DNA of 45,432 nt from Sphaeroforma arctica JP610 (Eukaryota): the NCBI RefSeq assembly GCF_001186125.1, contig NW_014040335.1:51357-96788 (forward strand), read 5' to 3'. Positions 1 through 15,523 of this stretch are shown in pieces (within the stretch, counting starts at the first letter, position 1; the number at the start of each line of letters is the position of its first letter). Made by a program: the position numbers and the translations under genes. The notes beneath the pieces are model-generated. The model made no database searches. It was given only the letters and a program-made list of their open reading frames with translations, and had not been told where the DNA came from.

Positions 1-3000
1 TATATATGCTAAGTCAGCTTTAGAATGAAGTGACAACTTCCCGATTCAATCACAGCTGCGCAGGAAGAAGAGCAGAGATATAAGAGATATGTACCGAAGG
101 AGTGCTTGACTTCCTGGGCTCGAATTCTCTGTTAAGGTGTGGTAAGGTCGAATCAAGCCGACATCTGAGCTGTTGGAGTCTGTACTGATGATGCGGCATC
201 GTATCTATGGGGATGATTGGCATATATGGATTGAATTAATAACTGTGCTAGCCCATGGTAGAATCAGGTGTGATATCGAATGTATTAGATTTATTCACAT
301 ATCCCGGGCAATAAGGAGGAATTATCATTGAAGGTGCTCGATTTCTATATAGTGCTAAGAATGTAACGAACTATGGGATGGAGGGCTACAGTTACATCTG
401 AGAGCATACTGAAGTACTAACCTGCGATTCATCAGTGGTTCAGGTACAAACATGAGTATATCTAATCCGTGGTGGAAAATATACATAATAATCCCAACAG
501 CCTTTGAAATGAGACGAGCACGTCGAGAAATTGACAGGTAGTCAGTATGTGTATTTCACATAGGACATACCAAATCTTGAAGTGACCTGCGCAGAATCTC
601 ATAGCGGATGGATGTATTGGGCAATGCAATCTGCACGCACAAATCGGCGCGGTCAACGAACGCAGCGTCTGTTTTGATGAACATCGGGTGAGATACGAGA
701 AATCTCAGGTTGACTCGCGAGAGAAGGAAATATTTTAACTGAAACCTGAGCGGACTTTAGTTACACAAAAGGACAGATAGTGCTTGCCCCACTTGACAAA
801 ATTTATAGACAGCGTGAAAACTGTATAAACCGACATTGCCTGTGTATACTGAGTAGTCTTACCTAGAGCGCCAGTGAGATTGGTTGTGGCGATTATTAGG
901 ATGTTCGCATACATCGCAAGCTTGTCCTGTCGATATATTTAGGTTTATTTGTTAAGATGTCATAACATAACAACTCGACAGAAGCAGTATGTCGCAAGTG
1001 TATTCTGATATCAATATAAACCAGATCAAAATGCAGCGGTTCTACGAAAATCGTCGCAAAGGACATCAAGAGAAACACACACCAACTGGGTCAGCATCGC
1101 ATTGACAGCTCTCACAGAATCACTTGGATCTGATGACGATGTTGCCCTCGAGGTAGCCAACGACTCTATTTCATCTACCAGCACACACACAAAGGTATCT
1201 GGGTGTAGCACTTCGTGGATCTGTCAATAAATACCCAGAGCGTATATGTGAAAGGTTAAACTTTGAACTGAAATGCGCCTGGTACGAAGATCTCGAAATC
1301 TGTACATTCAAATAGTTTTCTCGGCAATAAACACAACAACATAGATGCATTCAATCGTGATGAGGGTGAGCGCAAACGAGTACTGTAACCCATATAGGCA
1401 CGTCTGTGTTCTGCTTGCTTTCATCGCCAGGCTGACAAAACAAAATGGTACAATAATGTAGGCTCTTTACATGATGCCACTTATTCACGCGGAGCAATCT
1501 TTTGCCATAACATACTTGTTGAAATAATTTCTGCACCAGTTTTCCACTCTCGGAGAAGAACTTGGAAAGCACGCTGTGGCTATTGACTGTTATGAGCTGC
1601 CCATAACTAAAGCGGTCATTCATACGAATGCTTATTTTTTGGGCTAAGCTTTTGGCCAAGGATGTCTTTCCTGTCTACTAATGAACAATATCATAATTAT
1701 AATAAAGCAAGGACTGGAAGTATATGCGGCTCTCATACAGATCCAAGGTATGCTACCAAGGTGCATACCACAGACTCCGCAATAGTGGATAGCTAAGATC
1801 GAAGCACGCCACGCTTACCCCTGGTGGTCCCTAGTCGACGCAGTTCAAGAGTGTATTCAAGGAATAGAGAAAAAATAAGTAAACGAAGCAGAAGAAGCAG
1901 TGAATGTATTTAATAGTGTACGATAGTTCGACCTGACGAGCAACAGAGCGATATCACTCATTATTGCATTCATGTTTAGTTGTAGAATGACACACTTACT
2001 AGTTAAGAATAGACATCACCCACGACAGACATAAATCTGTGATAGATCTGGATGCTATTCCAGCGTAAAATACACGTAACCTTGTACAGAACATGTTATG
2101 AGCAAAAGTTTTGAATAAAGACTCGCACCACTTCTCTGTGTCATGCTGAACTCGCATACACATGGACACACCCTCATACTGGCCCTTGTATTGCCATGTG
2201 TACACTGACTTATACATGCACCTATGTACACCCCCCTACTAACCTTTGTATTGCCATGTGTACACCGACTTGTACATGCACCTATGTACACTCTCATACT
2301 AACCCTTATATTGTCATATGTACACTTACCTGTAGATGCACCTGTACACACTCCCATACTAACCCTTGTATTGTCATCTGTACACTTACTTGTAGATGCA
2401 TCTGTTCACACTCCCATACTAACCCTTGAATTGTTATGTATGTACATACATGTAGGAGCACGATCCGATTGCAGGTAACGAGATGACGATTCACTCGTCT
2501 ATCTGCGGTGGTCCGGATGGGAATTTCGCTTAACGAATCGTTTATGGTTTGTGAAGGCGCTGAGAAAGTGAACTCGGAAGCAGTCGTGACATGTGGAATA
2601 GTATGCCGAATGAATTCAACGACAGGTAAGCGCCATACCAGAGAAAAGCATGGCTGTCCGAGCATATTGTAGCAGCTGTTCCTTGACGTCTAGATCATAC
2701 TCTAGGCTCTCCCATCTTTATTGATTCAACGTTAAAGTTGTGTACAACTGGCATATTTTAGACTCCAGTATATCATTGATGCGATAGAGCAGATACACAG
2801 TCGCCCTCGCAATACCCTCGTGAGGTACACCCAACCTGAAGCCAAGCATAATCACAACGTAACCACATAAAAATGAACTGTATCTTGGTATTCTCTCTCG
2901 ATTGCTATGTTCGTAGTATAAAGCTTTGCAAGATCGGTACACCAAAGTGCTTCGCGTCACCACATCTCCTCAATTCAAATACTCCCGAACAAATTTTCAA

Positions 3001-4647
3001 TACGCTAAAGCGCCATAAAAAAAGTACTGCGGCGATGTATGACACCTGTGGATAAGTATGCCAACCAATTGACTGTATCCCATGCTAGTGCTATCAACGA
3101 CATACAGTCCGTACAGCTCAGAGCAGGGAAGATATGTCTGCGTGGCAGTCGTAGAGCCATCCTCACCCACCTCTTCCGCAGGGGGGTCGGTGCTGAGCTG
3201 ATTGTGCAATACACCAATTCCATCACGCAATGTTTGCAACAGAATAACGATGTCCCAAGGTGCCAAAACGGATTGTTGCACTAGTATATTACGCATCCGT
3301 AGATATGCAGCTATACGGCTGCATAGGTGTTCGCATGAGTGTCCGTTGGTCGTAAATTGATTGGTGTGCTGCTGCTCTGGGCTACCCTGACAAAGTGACT
3401 CTCTGAGAGGTATGTTCATACACGTCACGCGTGAGCTGAATTGTACATGGGATTAAGAGAGAAACGTGTGCTTGCGTGCCACTTGGTTGAGCTCAATATG
3501 TCGCTGTGTACAGTTGAATATCTGGTACAGATAGGCAAATAAACGCTTTAAACCCGGTCATAGAGTGATGCAACATTCAGGGTGATGGAGATTGAGCACC
3601 GCTCTACGGATGATACACCTCAGACGGTCGTCGCCCTCAACTACTTGGAAACGGCAGAAGGTCTTAATACGAATCAAACATACCGAATATACTATCAGAT
3701 GTATTCGTATATCATTCTGAGAGAAGCAGAAGCCGTCTGAAAGATTGGGCAACCGCGCTCCAGAGACCATCTCGAAGGACATACGCTTGACGTTGTCCTT
3801 AATGCGCGTCGCGATTAATGAGAGACTATTATTGGATTGATTTGACACATATTGCAATGAAGGAAAGTTGCATCGCAGCATACAAATATCTACGCCCACA
3901 AGGTATTGATTCTTCAATGCTAGTCTGCCAGTCGTGATTTGGATATACTACATGAAGGTGAACAGATATCATGTGATATGGCTCATCCAAAGCGTGCGAG
4001 ACAGCTGCCAGAGCAATCTGAGACGCGCGTAGGTTCGCACCAAGGAGCGATGACTAATTGACAATGCCGCTGACAATTGGTGCGCAATCGCACGCGTAGC
4101 AGTAAAAGAGGCGTAACTAGCAGTGTGCAGGTATTTAACTGCGGGCATCTATCTCAACAAGTCACTCAATTAGTAACCTATATGTGACTCAGTCTTGGAA
4201 TGCTTGATTGAAAGCCAATAGTCGTTCGTGCGTTTCCCACAGCCCTCCCAAAGAGACAAATAGAGAACGTGAAAGGTTACATCTGTCATGTTTCAGTGCA
4301 CCAATTTTCTTTTGGGCCTGACCCTTCAACAATAATTTGAACATCTCACATGTGTAGCCTAGAAATGCCTATGTCGCATTCAAATGAGACATGTATGTGC
4401 TATGTGGCTGTGACCTCTTTTTATTTGGACCCGCATACTATGCAGTTCGATTACTAGTCGATATACATACCTTGAGGTAAGGGTCGCAGAATGTGGCGAG
4501 ACTCGATTCGTATACAACTCCCAACTCGTGGATGTACACCAATGCATGAGACTTGACCATTTCTGGGTCTGCAGCACTTTTCTTCAGCACAATCTCTACC
4601 ACTACATCGTCTTTGTTCAACACACGCTTCTCCGTGAGCGCAATCAT
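1..4647 (-). CDS. PCH2: Pachytene checkpoint protein 2 / TRIP13 AAA+ ATPase (multi-exon, 3' end unresolved and probably outside the window)
   Basis: In-phase GT-AG exons (minus strand): 4647-4471, 3797-3684, 3197-3106, 2715-2639, 2502-2450, 1830-1819, 1674-1516, 1220-1083, 926-863, 668-571; a further exon near 165-95 has unresolved phase. The spliced protein reads [21 protein letters not shown]...[28 protein letters not shown] (Walker A), [26 protein letters not shown] (Walker B), [35 protein letters not shown], all characteristic of TRIP13/Pch2. Confidence 0.95.
2155..2432. repeat. 60-bp tandem minisatellite, about 4.5 copies, in a PCH2 intron
   Basis: Unit approximately tgtacacactcccatactaacccttgtattgtcatatgtacacttacctgtagatgcacc recurs in register on successive 60-nt lines from 2161 to 2430. 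Confidence 0.9.
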
Positions 4648-5286
4648 GATGTGATTGGCGTAGCAACAATCACCTTGAGAGTTCAACTTATCTACAATGT
4701 ATACACATTCATATATATATATATACACGATATACAAACGAAGTATTGTGCAGGATATGATGGTATATATTATATCATTACGTGTGCATTGTTTTCAGGT
4801 CTCTTGATGCCTTGAAGGTTGAAGGGGGACTATAGCCTTTATGTTATGATCTATTTATAGATTTATTTATAGAGCTTTCTTATTTCTATTTACAGTTCGA
4901 ATAACTCGAATACTCGATGACGCTGGCTTTCTTCTTGTGCTATTCAAAAGGCCCGCCAAAATGTCAATACCCGATTTAGATGATATGTTAATTATCATGC
5001 GTGATAGATTGATAGAGCTCCCTACTCTAGTAAATAGAGCCTATAGGTCTCTCAGAAGACTCAGACTCTCTTGGTTACATATTTTTTTTAAAATGAACAA
5101 TAGTATGATTTTTCATAGCCTAAAATAAAACAATATTATTTGAATCACGTTTATGTTTTTAAAAAAGAAATATATATTGTATGTATGATACTTCTTGCGG
5201 GTGATGGTGATATTGTGCTGTTCATTTATTCCGAGTGTGTGCGCAGCATCAAATACTACGCATATACTTGTAATACGGCCGTATTC

Positions 5287-5570
5287 ACATACAGCTCAGT
5301 GTCAACACATACAGCTCAGGCAGTGTCAACACATACAGCTCAGTGTCAACACATACAGCTCAGTGTCAACACATACAGCTCAGTGTCAACACATACAGCT
5401 CAGTGTCAACACATACAGCTCAGTGTCAACACATACAGCTCAGTGTCAACACATACAGCTCAGTGTCAACACATACAGCTCAGTGTCAACACATACAGCT
5501 CAGTGTCAACACATACAGCTCAAGTGTCAACACATACAGCTCAGTGTCAACACATACAGCTCAGTGTCAA
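5287..5570. repeat. 20-bp tandem repeat (cagtgtcaacacatacagct), about 14 copies
   Basis: Near-perfect copies are directly visible, with small indels near 5319 and 5522. Lies between the divergent PCH2 and hydrolase starts. Confidence 0.95.
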
Positions 5571-5708
5571 ACACCGCGCATAAATTCACATCCCCAAAGT
5601 ATTGGAAACCCTAGTGTATCCAAAGTTGTAGTTGCATCCAGTCCTCCGCAATCCTTGGACTCTGATCGTTCACTAAGTATAGATAGTAAGTGTTTTATTA
5701 AAGTGACT

Positions 5709-8700
5709 ATGAGGATCCTTGCACATGCTCTGACGCATTCAACGTTGGCAACTACCTCTTATAAGAAGGCATGTCGGTCTCTGCACAGTACAGCTTCAGA
5801 TGCAATCCCTGTCATGGTCAATCCGGCCCTCGGAATACCGGGTGGGGTTTATAAGTAAGTACAGTCAAGGATGTGATATTCCAACTATATATATATATAT
5901 ATATAAATATGTATATATAATAAGTAGATGCAAATGCACGAGGCGATTGCTCACATGTATTTATTTTTGAAGCGGAACTGGGAGAACATGAAGCTTTATG
6001 CTCTGCTTGTTTCGTCATTACATCTGAGTAGGGGTTGGCAAGTTTCAATTACGCACATGAACTCGTTATCGTCAAGGTCTATGATTGTGGGCATTAAATG
6101 TATTATAACAAACATCATCGCATGTTATAATACAGGTATTTTACCGAATTGTTAGAGACAGAGAACCCACAACTGAAGTGTAAACCGACCCTAGACTACT
6201 ATGGGGACAATGGGAGGTCCGAAGTTAAGGTGGAAGACTGGGGTGTCATGGCAGAGGAGGTCATAGCGCAGGTTGAGAAGGTGGTCTATGCGGACAAGGT
6301 GTGTGTAAATACTTTCCTTGTCTGGCATGCAAGCATCCGATTGACATGATTCTCTATGTATATCAGGTATACGATTAAGCGGATGTATCGCGAAGCGAGT
6401 GCATCGTTATTGAGTGTGATTTTTTGATAGTCAATTATATTCATACAAGCGAAATGCCTTCTTGCTTATGTGTATTTTATGCCTTCCCTGAAATGCGGTT
6501 CATAGTTCCGCTGTACACGTGCAACTCGAGATAATGTGATCCACGGTTAGTTTCGAATGTTTGACCTATATACTGTATAGAATAACCCGGTACTTGGGTT
6601 GTACGTATGTCCATCATACCATTGTATACGAAGGACTGCGAGGTGAGTTGTGTTGGTCGTCGCCGTGCGTACGTTTAAGATGCGGATCTACCTGAAGTGA
6701 AGAAAGTGCGATGCGATTTCGCGATATCATACATACTGCGTTTAAAAATCAAATCGATGGCAAAACCTTCGCATGAGGAAGCTAAAGAGAGACTTGTACT
6801 TGATATGAACTGTACTGTACTAAAAACTAAGAACTCTGTACACAGACCAATCCAAGGCCGGTGATAGGCCTGGGCCATTCGTTCGGTGGTTGTGCGCATA
6901 AAATCGCGGCTTTCAAGCGACCTGATCTATACCGAGGAGTGATCATGATCGATTCTCCGATGTTCAATCCGGTGTCACGGACGGTATGTTGATGATCCTT
7001 TGTTGTTGTTGATGTTATGTACTTCATTGCCACCTTCTTGTTCACAATCACCTTAGAGCATACATGAGCTTAATATTCGTGTGTATAGCTGTTCCATCTA
7101 CTACGTACATGCTACATGAGATAAGCATTCGTGTGTATAGCTGATCTATCTACTACATACATGCTACATGAGATTAGGGTTCGTGTGTATAACTGATCTA
7201 TCTACTACATACATGCTACATGAGATTAGCATTCGTGTGTATAGATTTATTCATCCGTACGTACATGCTACATGAGATTAACATCCGTGTATATAGCTGA
7301 TCTATCTACTACTTACGTGCTACATGAGATAAACCTTCGTGTGTATAGATTTATTCATCCTTACGTACATGCTACATGAGATTAACATCCGTGTATACAG
7401 CTGATCCACCTACTACGTACATGCTACATGAGATTAACTTTCGTGTGTATGGCTGATCCATCTACTATGTACATGCTACATGAGATTAACATTCGTGTGT
7501 ATAGATCATTCATCTACAACGTCCATGCTACATGAGATTAACATTCGTGTGTATAGATTATTCATCCGTACGTACATGCTACATGACTTCAACGTTGGTC
7601 AACATCAATAACTGCCCCTATAGGGCATGGTAAGTCTGAAAGCATTGGGCAAGCTCGATCAAGTGATACCTGCTAGGGCCGCAACTGTGCGTCGCAGAAG
7701 TGTATTCAGCAGTATGGAGGAAGTCAGGTAATAGCACACACGCACGACCCCAATGTACTCCAATTAATCCGCCTTAAGGTCTGCGAGGGCGAGCTTTTGG
7801 ATATGGCGTCCTTGAACGCACAACGTCTACCTGGCCTGTTGTATGTTTCTTCGCAACGAAGTGTAGTAGATGTCAATCGTTCTTTTTGAAACTCGTCTCG
7901 CAAAATGCTCAACGGACCGTTGCGTACCATTACCATGCTTCGCCTGTTTAGAAGCCGACTAACGGGGAGAGGGATCTATAGAAAATGGCATCCTGAATGC
8001 TTTGAAGCCTTTCTGCGAACAGGGTTCGTGCAAAACCCGGATGGCACTGTGAGACTGCTAGGACCAGTTGCCAATGAGATCAGTATCTATGATAGTTCGC
8101 CCGCAGACATTGGGCTTACCACTACCGGACTGGTATGGTTGCCTACTTGCGGCGCTGGTTCTGTTGTCATGTACACGTATTGTGAGATACTCTGATGAAA
8201 TTGATTTAGATTCTATCAACCGCCTGCACTACTTCTCGGCCATCATCGCTCGCTTACGATATATCACAACTCTTTCTCATACTTCCAGTATACGGATACT
8301 GATACGCCGATGGCTTACATCTACGCCCACAATCCTGAAGACCGACTGATATTCGGCCCCGATGTCCTGTACTTGCGAAATAAGGTACGTATACGTGTAA
8401 GCGTTAAGACCATTCACCTCCAGTGTTGTAGACGTGCCCACTCGTAGCGCTAGCATTGTCCGATTTGATCCACAAACGCGAGCGCGTACACTCATGGTCA
8501 ACTACCGTCGGACTTTTCAAACACTTGCTTGAACTGCGTATCAACATCTGATCTGAATCTGCAACAACCTTCACACAGCTCCGGCACACAAGTGTTGTGC
8601 CAATGCCAGACCATGGGGGACACATGTGGCCGCTCGATCACCCAGAAGAGGCGGCGAAGTACATCAGCAGTCTCATGGTAGACATCGGCATCGTCCCGGC

Positions 8701-8749
8701 GCCTGTGTTAGAACGACCCGTGCCAGAACAAACAGTCGAGTGCTGTTGA
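5709..8749 (+). CDS. Alpha/beta-fold serine hydrolase (7 exons)
   Basis: In-phase exons 5709-5854, 6136-6298, 6846-6983, 7624-7727, 7952-8132, 8289-8384, 8579-8749. Contains the nucleophile elbow VIGLGHSFGG followed by KRPDLYRGVIMIDSP, the lid segment RRRSVFSSMEEVR...IYRKWHPECFEAF, and the catalytic His motif GGHMWPLDHPEE. Stop TGA at 8747-8749. Confidence 0.88.
7058..7587. repeat. 52-bp tandem minisatellite, about 10 copies, in hydrolase intron 3
   Basis: The core gctacatga recurs at 7111, 7163, 7215, 7267, 7319, 7371, 7423, 7475, 7527 and 7578. Confidence 0.93.
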
Positions 8750-10252
8750 GCGACCGCTCACTTAGATACTGTTTGGGTAACGGGTCAATATAGAGAGCCT
8801 GCCTAAGATATTGGTAATTGCGAATATAATCTCACGGGAGCGAAACTAAGGCTAGTCCTGCTCGTGAGAGCTCGGTGCAGCAGAATTTGCTGCGAATTCA
8901 CCCAGACGAGAGTGTGAAAGGTCGTACAGGTATTGTGGTGTAGAGTAGTCTTATCCAGATGTTCAGCCTATGGGATACAGAACCTCTGTCATCTAGAACT
9001 CGAGGGATTCACGGGTTGGACAGTCATTTTCGAATGCGCACTAGTGACATTCTCTAGTGTTGTGTTTGCGATGATGGTAGAAGCTTTCGACAGCGCCGCA
9101 GCAGATCGGTTGCCTGCCCGTGCATAGGCTCAGCCTAAATGGGCAACAGACATCCGTCACAGCAGATGCGCTCACTGCATATGCGGGATAACATTCGGCG
9201 CCAATGCACTTGACCGCAATAAGACTCTGCAGCGAACTGTGCGCATTTTGTCGTCAATTGGAATTGCGGTTCTGGGCTAATAGCAGCATCGAAATCGAAT
9301 GAAACACTAGAAATTCAGCCCGAAAGCTGCGACAGATCGATCTGATATTTTAGTGGCGATTGTATGAAGTAGACGAGAGTGCAATTTTGTGTCCGAATTT
9401 CCCGTACCTACCAAAAGTGCGGTTGTCAAATCCTCTGCCTTTCTGAGGGCAACTGTAGGTGCTCTCCAAGAGTTTAGTGTATCACAGTATTGTGCTAGGT
9501 AGAGTAGAGCAATAATTTAATTTCAATTTATGCCGCCGAAATCCGTATTTAAATTTAGATCAGCTTCCTAATAAATATTTTAGTCGATAAAAAAAAGTTG
9601 GTTGACATTCAAGGGAACGGTCACCTGAGTCTTGAATAATTCAGCTACACTTTATCTAAAGGAAGAGCAAGTAGAAATAGGACTGCTGCCATGATAATAT
9701 ACTACCACTACTAGTCAAATGCAACAAACTATCAACGAGGAAAAAGTGAGATTTCGCAAATGAGCCGGAATAGCCTAGACAATAGAAAGTTCCGGAATTC
9801 TCTGAATTGTTTGACCGCGTACGGATGCGACTTGGAAACTTAAGCCGTCGAGAGCGAGTGAGCCGTAAAATCTCTTTCAAGCTATCTACAATCCTTTTAT
9901 TCTTCGTCTTTTGGATGTTCGGCTTACATAGTAGATATCGGATCAGTATTATATGTGCTATATATCGAGCACAGTGACGGCCTGCTACTAAGCAAGCTCA
10001 CCTATTGCCAACTACACTCCTCGCCAGTACAGGGTGGCCTTTGAGCTGATTTTCTAACGCGTGCACATGGAGCCACCACCGCATTATCAGAGCGGCATTC
10101 TTTGCATTCGCATACAAATTTCTTTTCCAATGTGCGCGGGTATGGCAGATATAGTTGCAAATGCCATATGATAGCATTTGATGTAACCACGATCCACGGT
10201 ACTTGATAACTCAGGTAGTCCCGGTGTCCAATGGTTATGCCGCATAAACAAT

Positions 10253-14395
<4,143 letters not shown>

Positions 14396-15523
14396 GTTGC
14401 CGTGGTTGCGGTAGTGCTCCGTTTGTATGCAGCACTCGCCTCACAGCTATGCTTCTTCATCTATCTATTTATATTTATAGATAATGAAGTGTATTGAATA
14501 GTAAATACACAACAAACCTCTTGTCTGTCTGCGAGAGTCTTTGGCTGCTCTCATCTGAATTTTCCAAACTTTTTTTTCAATTTTGTGTTCATTTTTATTT
14601 TTTTCCGCTCAGAAATGTTGCCCACGGCAATCGGAAACCCCAATCAGAAAAGGATTGTATTGTGATTTGTGCCGAAGAACAGACTGTCTGAAATCTATTA
14701 TTTAAATCATGAATTCTCCAACTACAATACTGAAAGAAATATTTACATATTTACAACTGATACAAGCATAGAGAACACAATACCCAGACGGCCAGACACC
14801 GACAACGAAAGCAAAGGTAGTAAAAGAAAACAGCGCAGTCGACATCCGCAATGACGATTTATCAACAATGATAATTAACATCCAAATCGTAGATATATTA
14901 GTTTGATACTCTGTAGTGTAGAATTCTTGAGTATTGAATGTTCTCACTTCTATACTGTCATTTACAAAATTTATTTCCAGGTAAAGTACAAGTGTATATC
15001 TATAATAAACGGCACTACGGGATGTTAACAAAGCTATACCGCAAAATAGATTCTTCGGCGAAGGTACCGCAGCGTTTGAAGTGGCCCGACTGAAGCTCCC
15101 GTTGATAATGCAGTCACTGTGCAGGCAAAATTGCGAATCCAGCACTACTAAAGAGTAGGTGGGTGGAGCTTCACTCATTACTTTTTTACGTATATATGTA
15201 TTTCAGAGAGAATCTAAATACTATCGCGCTAAGTACAACAAGAGATACATATATGTACTGTCGCAACAGGCGAGTTGAGACTTGGAAGTTGATGAGAGTC
15301 GAGACGCTCTAAAATAAATAAATGGAAATTCCACGAATTAAAAAATACACGTGCCGCCAATTTTTTCTACACCAAGTATCGGGCTACAGCCCACAAATGC
15401 ATGATGTGATTACAAAACAAGCTATCCCTATTGTATGAATACGTACTTACGAACAAGTGCACACTCACACGAACCAGACAATACATTAGTCACGCATAGC
15501 GAGTCCTACAATATTAAGCCGTC

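Noticed and set aside
165..570. Possible further tiny exon restoring phase near the 3' end of PCH2
   Set aside because: Several mutually exclusive splice solutions exist and I cannot choose among them without transcripts.
5140..5614. ORFs of 139-171 aa over the 20-bp repeat
   Set aside because: They are open only because the repeat lacks stops in these frames; the real CDS starts at 5709.
7058..7587. CRISPR-like conserved/variable alternation
   Set aside because: The variable parts are short, homologous to each other and fall into two types. The array lies in a spliceosomal intron and there are no cas genes, so it is a minisatellite.
14702..15178. 158-aa minus ORF in the PMT/JMJD6 intergenic region
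   Set aside because: No recognisable motifs, and the composition looks non-coding.
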